64,000 nt of DNA from Paramoeba atlantica (taxonomy: Eukaryota; Protista; Discosea). The notes under the pieces are model-generated. The model was not told where the DNA came from, ran no database searches, and was given only the letters and a program-made list of their open reading frames with translations. The stretch is from NCBI GenBank assembly GCA_977017575.1, contig CDRNVI010000145.1, positions 1 through 64,000 on the forward strand, read 5' to 3'. Position numbers and translations under genes: made by a program. Numbering within the stretch: position 1 is the stretch's first letter; the number at the start of each line of letters is the position of its first letter. This document shows positions 12,793 to 23,272 of this stretch, one piece after another.

Positions 12793-13580
12793 TTATTGGC
12801 TCTGATTTTTCTCAGCTGCAAGTGAAACAATAAGATTGGAGACTTCTGAACGTTCTTTGTTTTTGGTGAACCATGATTGAGTCAGAAAACTATCTGGTTT
12901 TTCCTCCTGGCTCAAATGCAACAGAAATTCCTCAACATATTTCATGACAAAGACTCCACAATCCACATCATTTTCCTGTTGGGGTACAATGGGTTTCACC
13001 ACTTCCAATCTTTCCAATCTCCCCAATCTCTTGGGAAGAAAGTTTGACTGAAAAAGCTTCTTGATTTTTTCAATAACAGTGTCGACACGGTGTGACAAAA
13101 ACCCTCTCATTGAATCAAGGTGCCACATTTTTTGTTCTGGGATACTAAGAACGAATAAAGACCAATGGGAATCCTTAATGTTGAAAGGAAGAAACAAATA
13201 GTCGATTTTATCATAGTCCAAGAACCAGCGTGAAAGAATTGAATAATCGTGTTCCAAATTCTCCAACTTGGTGAGAAAGAATGTAGAGAGACAGAGAAAT
13301 GAGAAGGCAGTTGTTTGTTTGTTCTACAAAATAAAATTAAAAAAAAAATTAAAAAAAAAACCCTTTAAAAAAAAAAACCCTTTAAAAAGTAAAAAAATGA
13401 AAAAACAAATACTTTCATCAAATACTTCAAGTAGAAATCAATTAGTGAATCATTCAAATAAGCGTTAGATACCAAACTATTGAGATCCTTTGGAAAAATT
13501 TCAACAGAAGACCTATCGAGATTAGGGTACAGTAAAATTCTTTTTTGTGGGTCAGAGGATAAAAACTTCTCCGTTTCAGG
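12793..13580 (-). other. Ulp1/SENP (peptidase C48) deSUMOylase-like domain
   Basis: LLYP..DLNSL..AYLNDSLIDFYLKYL, STFFLTKL, LPFNIKDSHWSL (His), HLDSM (Asp), PQQENDVDCGVFV (Gln, Cys); triad intact. Confidence 0.92.
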
Positions 13581-16500
13581 CTATTTTATTTGTGGTGAGC
13601 AGATAACAGAAAAAAGAGAAGAGAAAAATGAGAAACCAACCAAAAAAGAATACGATTTTTTAAAGTTCAGTTGTTCTGAATATTTACGCAGCCCTGTTGT
13701 GAAATTCCTTTTCTCTCCCTCTCTCTGCCTTTCCTTTTTTTCTCTTACTTTTTTCTCTTTTTCTCTCTTGATTTTCTCTCTTTTTTTTTTCTCTCTCTCT
13801 CCCTCCCTCTCTCTCTCCCTCTCTTTCCTCTCTCTTTCCCTTTCTCTTTCCTTCTCCTCTTCTCTCTCACTTTCCCAAGTTGTTTTACTTTCCTCCCTCT
13901 TCCTCTTCCTCTTTCCTTCCTCCTCCTTCCCTTTCTCTCTCTCCTTCTCCTTCTCCTTCTCTTCTTTCTTCACCTTGTTCTCCCTCTTCTTCCCTTTCCC
14001 CTCCCTTCTTACAATTTTTTTCTCAACATAAAAATCCACCAAAAATTGAGAAAGGGATAATTCTGGCAGTACCCTCTTTAAAATTCTCTCGTCAGGTTTC
14101 CTGGCATCAGATGATGTGGCTTGGCGATATTCTTCATTTGGTGCATTTTGGACCAGGTGAATTTTGAGTTTCGCATTTTCGGTTTTGTATTTTTCATAAA
14201 GAAATTCAACAATTTTCAGTTGAACCCGTGCATCAAGTAAAGCATCATGGCATTTTCCCCGTAATGATCTATCAATCGAAAATGTTGTACAAATATGGTC
14301 GACACTCCATTTTGGGTAACGATCCAAAGAGCCTTTGTCTCGTCCAATCTCGAAATATAACTCCTTGCTATCAAAAAATCGTACAAATGAAGGAACCTGA
14401 ATCCCATAACGCTGACAGTCATTCTTCAATGTTGGTTCATCGCAACCCTTACCATTATGAGCAATCATCATCACAAGTGGTTTTTCTTTTGTCCGGAGAA
14501 GATTTAAAAATCGAAAAAATCGAGGAAAGACTTGATCAAATGTATCCCTTTTTCGGAGAAACTGATGTGACAATCCGTGAATGTTGTAAGCCTGGGAAGT
14601 TATTGGAATCTCCTCCCCTATTGTTTTTGGTATTGTGAGTTGTATTTCTAATTAAAAAGAAAAAAGAGAAAAAAGGAGAAGAGAGAAGAGAGAGGAGAAG
14701 AAAAAATACCTGGATTAATTGCTTCATGAAATTCAAGTTTTTTTTTGGATGACTCTCCAAATTTCCAAGCAACAAGGGCAAGAGAAACAAATGATTGCTT
14801 ATTACTTCCCTTCGTTTTACCTGTTGTCTCACCATCCCAAACAACAAACCCACCAAAACAGTTATCATCCTTTTTACCAACTACACTTTTACAAAATTCC
14901 TCCACACTTTCACAAGATGCATCCTCAATTTCAACCACACTTTCACAAGATCTGTCCTCAATTTCAACCACTTGTCCTTCGAGGCTTGAGAAGTCTGGTT
15001 CATTTGGAGGAGTAAGAGTGACATTCGAATTCTTTGATGTTTCAGTTGGAAATGGATGTTCACCACTATGTCTTTTAACAAGATGGTTATTTAAATAGCC
15101 AAGAAATCGGTACTGTTAATAATTATTGTATTAGAAAAAAAAAAAGAAAAAAATTCTTGAATTTTCCTTCTTGAAAAAAAAAAAAAAAATCCAAACTTGC
15201 TTTGGGCAATCTTCCCATGGACATGGATAAAGTTGTGATGGGAAAGAATCAGATGTTTGAAGCGTTTGAACAATTCGATGTGATTCATCACCTCCAACAA
15301 CTAAGCAGGTCATTTGTCGAGTTGTCAATCTTTTTCGGGTGCAACGGTATGCATCAGCAATCATTTTAGCAAGAGCAACTTGCTCTGGAGTTGCAGATGG
15401 AAACAGAGAAGAAGAAGATTTTTTTCTTTTCTCCTTAGTATAAGAAATCAACGAAGAAAGCTCAGAGAAATCAAAGATAACTCCTGTTTGGTCATTATAC
15501 TTCAAAGCAGATTTCTTGCCAAGAGTGCGTTTGGGCATGGCATACAACCGATTTGGGGAGAATTTTTTGATCAATTCAATCCATCCATGTGACTCTAAAA
15601 AAGCATACTCATAAAGAGATGGGTATCGGATCTGTAGAAAAAGACAAAAAAACAAAAGAAAACACAAAGAAAAATGATATAAGATGAAAGAAAAATGACC
15701 AAAGGATAGAGGAGGTAAACAAAAAGAGAGGAAGAGGGAAAAAAATATTGGAGAAAAGAGCATAAAAGAAAAGAAGGTGTAAAAGAGAAAAAAGAAGAAA
15801 AGAAAATAATAAATAAACAAAAACCTTGCTTCGAATCACAGAAAAGTGATTTTCACACAAATTGGTTCCTAACATTGATGTTCTTCGATGGGTCATAAAA
15901 TACACATCTTCTTTCTTCAAAAAGGTGACTAAGTTGTTTAAAGTCTGAAGAGTCTATTGAAAAAAAAAAAAAAGAGATAAATAACATTTTTGCAAAAACA
16001 ATTTTTGGGAAAACAATTAGACCACAAAAGTTGAAAAGAGAGTGTGTGGTGTGTCATGTAATTCATTTAATTAAATAATAAATAATAAATCAATTGAAAG
16101 AAAATAAAATACCTGGTTAAAGAACTCTGTGGTTGTAAACTGTCTTTTTGATTGGGCCTGGTAGGTCTCGAGTCGTTTTATCAATCCTGTTGCTGTCTCA
16201 ATCTTACAATCAATGTCCCAAGAGTTGTTTGAAAAAAGATCATGAAGACAAAGCAACATTTCAAGATACTTGACAAGAGCAAAGACTTTCTTTTTTTCCC
16301 TTTCATTCGCAGTGTTCTGACCAAATTCCTTGATTTTGGTGGCAGCACGGAGCAAATTCATCACAGGGACAAGATTTTGCTTATCTGATGGACATATATC
16401 ATCTAACTTCAAAGCAAGTTGTAATTCAACGGAATTGGACCACCAGTTCGAGAGGGTTTTCATCGAAAATTTCACTCCATCAATTTGAATCAGTCGATTG

Positions 16501-18750
16501 AGTAAGTTATTTCGACCATTCTTGACCAGATGAACATAATCAAAAAAATGTAAAACATCCTTCATTTTCGTTGAATAATCAAGAGAACCTGAAAATCCAT
16601 CAGAGCTGGTCCACATAACAACGATTTCCTTTTCCTTCATTTCATTTGAGATCTTTGTAAACACTTCAAACAGCTGGGTCCCTGTCAGCGATATTGTTGG
16701 AATAAATGTAACTGGGAATGCAATGGTACCACAATTCGAAATAAAAAAAATTTGACACACCTATTAATACTTTTGTTTTAAAACAAAAGAAAAAGAAAAA
16801 GAGAGAAACACACAAACAACAACAACTAGTGTTTTAGTTTTAGTTTTTTGTTTGTGTATATTTTTAAGGATTTATGAAAACAATTATTTGGAAAACAAAA
16901 CAAAAAAAACCTTCTTTGCAAGTTCTGGTGTATAGTCAACCAATAGATTTGGATCCAATTCGCAATCTTTTAAATATTTGTCAACAAGACCCACAAACCG
17001 TCCTGATGTACGTAAATATACAAGACCAGATCTGATCTCCATTTCATCACAAATGAGCCCACCTCCTTGAAGATCATGGCCATCGATTCGTTGTTTTTTG
17101 AGCATTTGAACAAGGATCTGAATCCGTTGGGTAACTTGAGCACCTTTATCATCAAACCATTGATAAGGCTCAACAGGAGGAATGAGTCGACGGAGAGTTG
17201 AATCAGCTGGAATACAGAGGTTTGTTGTTTTAAGATCATAATGAAAATCCCCTTTTTTTCCCTCGCATCCTTTACCACGCAAAAGATTAATCACTCGCTT
17301 ACCCCCATAAAACTGAAGTGTTGCAAAGAAATTTAAAATCTCTTGGTCCCATCGATTTCCATTTGGAGTATTGTTCAAAAGCACCTCAAGTTGGGTTTGA
17401 ATAAATTTCCCATTGAAGGAGTTCACCCATTCATCACCATACTGTTCAATGACTTGATGTACAAGAAGAGAGAGAGGATGACAAGAGGCTGGAGGCTGTT
17501 CTTGGTTCTTCTATTGGAACACAAGCAAAATAAAGTCAGTTAAAAAATCTTTACTTTTTTATCATACAGGATGATATTTTTTTAAAAAGATCTCAAAAAA
17601 AAAAGACAAACACATACCATTAAATATTCTTGATTTGCATTCCACTTTTTCAAGTATTGGATTGCTTGGTGACATGAGGGACAAAAGCGACCTGCAGCTG
17701 AAGAACTACCTTCTTGACGAACCTTCACAGAATCAAAAGAAAAAAAATGTAAATATTTCTTTTCCTATCCACCACACACACTATCCCCATTCCATCATCA
17801 TCATCACACAAATCATCCCTCATCAATAAATATTTTATCAATAAAAAGAAATAGATAAAAAAAGAGAACCCGTTCACAAAATGAAAAAAAAAGTTTTCCA
17901 GCTTGAAGAACTCCAATTACTCTGGACCCAGACTTCGATTTCTCCGCTATATATTTCCGCTTCACAACTCCATCAGAATCTGCAATTCTTTGTGCATTCT
18001 GAACAACTGTCGCAGTATCAGAGATTCCAGGGCACAAATCATGGTGATGATCATCAATAAACTCAAAAAAGGGGGAAAAGAATAATGGCTTCTCCTCCTC
18101 CTTTGTAATCATCATTGGTTCAGGACTCAACTCACTCCTGTCATGGGCAAGCCCCACCTTCTGATGTTTCTTCCTTCTTCTAAAAAAGAAAAATGGGGGT
18201 AAGAAAAATATTTCATTTTTCCCCTCAAATACACTTTTTTTTCTCAAAAAACACTCTCAGTGAACACTAAAAAAGAAAAGAACACCACTTACCTTCTGGG
18301 TGGTGGCAACCCAACTTCAAACAAAGTTGTTTGCTTCCAAGTTCTTTTTAGAAGATGATGACAAAATGATTGGATAAAGGGATCCAATCTTGGTTTGATT
18401 CCAGTGGAATGTTTCAGAGGGTATTTTTTCCAGTTCCTCACCCTTTTGACATCAAAGAGTTTAGATATCAATGGTGGGATATAAGTGGAAAATTTTGCGC
18501 TCTCAATTGATCGAATCTCTGGGCAACATTGAGAACATTTCGCGACAATCTCATTAAATGAGATCGCATCATACTCCTTCTCATCCTCACTCAACTTGTC
18601 AAAATGATGGTAAAGGGTCAGTGCAAGGTATTGGTAAACAACAAGAAACTCACGTTTCTTTGGGAGTCCATCAGGGATTAAATCCATTTTTCTCTCTTGG
18701 AAACACTGTGAAAAAGGAGAGGGAAGTTCAGTCAACTGAGAATAGTGGCA
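12793..18750 (-). CDS. Spliced polyprotein (>=1601 aa): N-terminal region, P-element-type transposase, C2H2 finger, DEDDh exonuclease, KE-rich linker, Ulp1/SENP protease; start codon unresolved upstream of 18750
   Basis: Exons 18750-18293, 18179-17870, 17764-17618, 17510-16911, 16760-16113, 15953-15825, 15631-15197, 15112-14710, 14617-13641, 13580-13413, 13323-12793. All introns are GT..AG, all phases are compatible, total 4806 nt with no internal stop. Confidence 0.85.
14200..14850 (-). other. DEDDh 3'-5' exonuclease domain
   Basis: ExoI VVWDGETTG (D ~14835); INPG|EEIPITSQAYNIHGL across the splice; ExoII IAHNGKGCD; ExoIII HDALLDA. Confidence 0.88.
15065..15225 (-). other. C2H2 zinc finger split by an intron
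   Basis: CPWEDCPKQ|YRFLGYLNNHLVKRH (C-x4-C-x12-H-x4-H), formed only by the 15197/15112 splice. Confidence 0.75.
15500..17400 (-). other. P-element/THAP9/Galileo-type transposase catalytic region
   Basis: FYGGKRVINLLR..PADSTLRR; ICDEMEIRSGLVY (D ~17047); TSSDG (D ~16600); FDYVHLVKNGRNNL; DKQNLVPV; LGTNLCENHFSVIR (E ~15853). Order and spacing fit the P-element DD-E fold. Confidence 0.85.
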
Positions 18751-19187
18751 CTAATTTTAAGAAAAAAAAGAAAGGGAAACCAAAAACTACAGAAGATCCA
18801 ATTTCAAGTGTGTTTTCACTGCAGAACTCCACCAGTGTTTGGAGGACAATGAAAGAGGGGAGAGGGTGGGGGTTGTTTCAGGGTGGAACCACACTCTGAG
18901 TGTTGATGAGATCTTTTGGTCTGGTGGAGAGTAGTCAAGAGTTTGTAGATGCTGAAAATTGGAATTTTTGCAAGTAATTTTAATTATTTGTTCACGATAT
19001 TTGTTCCTTCTCAAAGATTTGCAGGGAACAGAAACTCTCAAGGAATTTCTGATCACAACAGCACAAGCAGACCAAACTTTCAAGAACAAATGAATCACCA
19101 CAGAATCTCCAAAATCTTGACCACAAACCAATTTTCCTATCTCTCACTTGTTGTATGGTGCCAACCCTTTCGCAAACCCACAGCAGA

Positions 19188-19255
19188 TTCGCCCAGTTTC
19201 GCCCAGTTTCGCCCAGTTTCGCCCAGTTTCGCCCAGTTTCGCCCAGTTTCGCCCA
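19188..19255. repeat. 10-bp tandem repeat (GCCCAGTTTC)x6 plus partial unit
   Basis: Six perfect units at 19191-19250 followed by gccca; GC-rich in AT-rich context, upstream of the transposase gene. Confidence 0.95.
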
Positions 19256-19623
19256 ATGCCACACCAACGAAAGTTCGTTCTTTTTCGTGACCTTCGCTCA
19301 AATGAATCCCAATATTTCACTGAGATTGAAAGAATCCTATGATAATCAAAACGTCAAAATCACATTCCTGAATTGGATGTCAAAGAAACTCTTGGTCATT
19401 TGGCTTGAGTTAGAACCCCGTGAAAAATTTAGCCAAAATGGTTGCCCTAAATTTTTTTTCCTTTCCTTTCCTCCCACAAAGAAATGGATTGAAGAAATGG
19501 GTTCGATTGAGATTTTGAATCAAGGTGAATCTTTTTGAAATCTTTGTTTGTCAATGATGACATTTTATTTTACTCCTTGATCCACTCAAAATGAAAATAA
19601 ATTGATTTCTTTCTTTTGATCGC

Positions 19624-22335
19624 TCAACTCATCTCAAATAAAGAAAGAGATTGTTTGTAACAAATTTCCTAAACATTAAAAACTATGTGAGTTTTGAAAA
19701 AGAGAGAAAGAAAAGAAAATATTTGAAGAGAAAAAAACCTCAGGAACTGAACGTTTTCGTAAAAATATCAACAACAAAGAATTGTCAGAAGGATGGGGAA
19801 AATCATATCGAAATGATTGATATTGCAAAAATGATTTGATTGATTCTCCAATTTTCTGTTTTTGTTACTTTTTATTAATTCTTTTTTTCAAGACGGAATA
19901 AAACAATAAAAAATAAATGAAAAAATGAAAAAGAAACCATGAGATAAGGTAAATTAACAAATCCTTCTTCTGTTTTTGATTGATTCGCATCATATAAATA
20001 TCTTAACTCTCTCAACTGTTCAAATCATCAGTTAGTTTGAAAATAATAAAAAAAAATAAAAAAAAAATTAAAAAAAAAGAAAGAGAAAAATACCTTTGGA
20101 GCAAACCAAGGAAGAAGAGGTGGTTCTGAAGACTGGAACACATTTTGATAGTTTTTAAAATTCGATTCAGGAGATAAAATTTCATCAAACAATTCAAATC
20201 TCTTTTTGTACTATTTTTGTTTTCATCAATATTTACAACAATTTAAATTCACAAACAAAAAAATAGAAATAGAAAAAAATAAAACTCTTGAATTCAAAAG
20301 TTTCCACAATGGTTTTAAACGTTTAATTGAATATTGATTCAATCCACTTATTACAGCTGCACCTCCCTCAAAATTTCGAAGCTGTCAAAAAAGAGTCCAA
20401 AATATTAAGAAATGAGAGAGAGAGAGAAAGAAAAGAGAAATAAAAGAAGAGAGAAGAGGAGAAGAACCTTTAACAATTGAGTTGCAAGTTTGATCATAAA
20501 CATTAAATTCTGAGAACGAGTTTCAGATTCACAAAATAGGATTGATTCAACAACCATTGATGAAATTCGATTGAATATTTCACTCATTTCCTTAATATTT
20601 GGTGATCGAATATATTTCTCTTCTTTCTACATGTTTAACAGAGTCAAAGAAAGAAAAACATCAAAAGGAAAAGAAAAAAAAGGAAAAAAACCTGCCAAAA
20701 ACCATCATAAAATTCATGAGGTCTTAAATCTTTGTATCTTCGAAACATAAAGGAAGTTAACATTTGTGCAATATAGTTACTCGTTCCACAAGAACTCAAA
20801 CTCATTCTTTTCCAAATCTATTTTTTTCGACAATTAGAATTTCTGAGGAGCTTAGGAACTCAGGATCTCAGGAACTCAGGATCTCAAAGAGATCCGCCCT
20901 CACCCTCAATTCAAAGGTTTATCCAATCCAATAGAAAAAGATGTGTTTCGGGTTGGTGGGTTGTTTTAAATATTTGAAGGAAAGAAAAAGAAAAAAAGAA
21001 GAAAAAAAAGACCAAAGTTGATTCGAAAGGGGTTGATTCCAAAGAATCCAAAAATTCTTCAATTGCTCTATTTTTGACAAGAAGTCAATACCAAAGAATG
21101 AAAGAAAGAAAAAAAGAAAAAAGAAAATGAAAGAAAAACTTGGATAAAAGGGGATTAAAAGTTTGATAAAATGGTGTTAATATTCTCCTCCAAGAAAGAA
21201 CAATTTGAATAATTTGTTCTTTCTTTTCATTTTGTTGTTCCTCTCCTTCTTTTGTAATAATCATCTCTTTCATTGTTTCCAAAAGTTTAAACTATTTTTT
21301 GATTTTGAGTAAATTGGAATCGTTCATTTGTTGTTTTTTTTTGTTAAAGAGAGGGAGAGGAGAGGAGAGGAGAAAAGAGAGAAAAACCTGATCAATATCA
21401 AAAGATTGTTCAAAACCAATAAAAAAAATCTCGATTTTCTCTGGAGATAAACCAACCAAATAATTGATAATATCCAAATAAGAATCACAACGTAATTGAT
21501 CGCCTGAATCAGAAAAAGAGAGAAGAGAGGGAGAAGAAAGAGGAGGAGGAGAAGGAGGAGGAGAATCTTGAGTTGAAAAAAGAGATTTCCAACGAGGAGA
21601 AAGAGCTAGAAGTGGACTTCCAGAAGAAGGAAAATCTGATTGGGAGGAAGGATAAGAGAAAGGAGATAGGGACAGAAAAGAGAGGCGTGAACTTGAAGAA
21701 CGAGGCGATGTGCAAGATGAAGGAGAAGGAGTGAGAGCAGGAAGTGATTGGAGAGAGGGAGGAGATTTGGGTTGAGGAGAATGAGAACGAGGGCGGATCA
21801 CACCCTCTTCTTGTTGTGATGGGAGAGAAGAGATTTTTTTCATGAAAAGTTTTGCGTGGGAGCTCTTTCGGTTCTCCTCTTTGGACTTTGCTTTGGTTAT
21901 TCTGGGGTTCCCCTGGTCAAAATCTTCGTCTTTTAGTTGGAGGTACTTTGGAGGAGGAAAAGGTTCAGTGGTTGTTGTCTGTGAAAGAGGGATGAGATCA
22001 AAAAGAAAGAAAGAAAAAAAAAAAGTGGTTCATTTTTACCCAAGAAGGCGAAGATGGGACAGAGACAGAACGTTCCTTTCGTCCGGCTTTCTTTCTTTCG
22101 TCCTTTCTTTCATGGAGAGTTTTACTGCGAACTTTCTTTCTCTCTTTCTTCTTTCTTTGGGGGGGTTCTTTTCCCTCAAGGTCCGACTTCCCAAAATCCA
22201 GTTCCTAAAGATGAGAAAAAGAAAAACAAGATGAATTTTGAGGCAGAGATCAAACTGAAGGGAAAAAAAAACTCTCACCAAAGAAACAGAAAGTGGGCTG
22301 GATGGGAGAGTGTTTTGTCTCGTTCGTTTTTCCAT
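19624..22335 (-). CDS. RasGEF (REM + CDC25) gene, copy 4, apparently complete
   Basis: ATG 22335 (MEKRTRQNTL..SVSL|gt), exons ELDFGK..SPSW| and TTTTEPF..LRCDSYLDIINYL; conserved CDC25 exons; last exon EICYKQSLSLFEMS* with stop at 19624-19626. Confidence 0.88.
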
Positions 22336-23272
22336 TTTTCTTTTTTGTTTTTTTTTTTTTACCAATCAAAGAAAATAACAAATAATAAAAAAAGAAAATG
22401 TTCTTTTTTTGGAAACAGCGGAAAAAATAAAGACCGTTCCGCTCTTCGTTTTTTAAAAGAGCGTGGATATTTCATTTTTTTTCCTTTTGCGGGTTTGATA
22501 TTTCAGCTCGTGCTTTTTTTCTTCTCCAAAACCAACGAGACGGACACGGAAAGCGCTCCGGTTCAGCTCGAGATTGAAGAATTTAAAAGAGGAGTCTGAG
22601 ATCTTAATTTGTCAAAGTGTGAGAAGACAAAGAAAGATGAGAGTTAAAAGAAGAACTTCGAAAAACCGCTGTCGAAACAAAACGAATTTTGCAACGAATC
22701 TCTTCGCGGAAAAGTTTTCAGAATCTCTTCGTGGAAAAAGTTGTTCAAAAAACGATATTTTTTGAACTGAAAAAAATCCAAACTTGATGAAAAGAAACCC
22801 AAGAGAGAGACAAGAACAAAAAAGGAACCCAAAAAGGAAGATTTTTTCCACACGAAAAAAACAAAAACTCCCACCACCAGGTCCTGTTTTGTGGAGTCTC
22901 TCAAAAGGAGGGGAAACTACATTTTTTCGGTGAACTCTTTTTCGAAACCAGAGAGTCTCTGTTCCAAAGTTTTGCGACAAAACCCAAACGAAAAAAAGGA
23001 GGCGCAAAAAAAAGAAAAAGAAAGAAAAAGCAAAGAAAAATTTGGAGCTCTAAAAAAAACGAGAGAATCCCTTTTTTGAAGATCGGGATTCTCCCTCGTC
23101 GTCACTCGATTCCTCAAAAAATCTCTTTCCGCTTCAAAAAATCTTACTCGGATTTTTTCAGGATTTACTAAGATCATCTCCTTCCCCCTCATTTGGTATC
23201 ATTTAAAAGGTTCCCATTTTCTCGATTTTTGCTCGCACCGCACCACCCGGTTGTTGTTTGGTTGCTTGTTGA

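Larger units (their letters stand above)
11770..19255. mobile_element. P-element-like DNA transposon (or domesticated derivative) carrying DEDDh exonuclease, Ulp1 protease and TET/JBP-like dioxygenase; true ends unresolved (left end in 11080-11770, right end in ~19255-19420)
   Basis: P-type DDE transposase exons plus cargo domains; the unit interrupts a RasGEF array whose other spacers are under 1 kb; sequence from ~19420 resembles the spacer at ~7890. No TIR/TSD found. Confidence 0.75.

Noticed and set aside
13700-14030. KE-rich stretch as an unrecognised intron breaking the polyprotein
   Set aside because: The frame stays open and in phase with both flanking domains; not excluded without cDNA, but fusion holds if any intron here preserves phase.
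13480-14638. Plus-strand ORFs 13480-14031, 13880-14167 and 14228-14638
   Set aside because: Antisense to the exonuclease, linker and Ulp1 exons, which carry the conserved motifs.
19188-19255. Telomere or CRISPR repeat
   Set aside because: Internal, six units only, no spacers, not a G-rich telomere-type unit.
11770-19255. Assignment to KDZ/Zisupton (known TET/JBP and Ulp1 carriers), Polinton or an endogenous virus
   Set aside because: Transposase motifs (DEM, D-x-x-H-L-x-K-N-x-RN, ENxFSxIR) fit the P superfamily; no polymerase B, capsid, packaging ATPase or integrase seen. A phylogeny should still confirm this.
11130-19357. Possible degenerate TIR: ttgacgtt-N18-tttcaat at 11130-11162 matches the reverse complement of 19325-19357 with equal spacing
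   Set aside because: Only 18 of 33 positions match, the match does not extend outward, and I found no flanking TSD; plausible by chance in AT-rich DNA.
22400-23270. Short ORFs between RasGEF copy 4 and the giant gene
   Set aside because: No recognisable motifs or consistent splice pattern; more likely a divergent promoter region.
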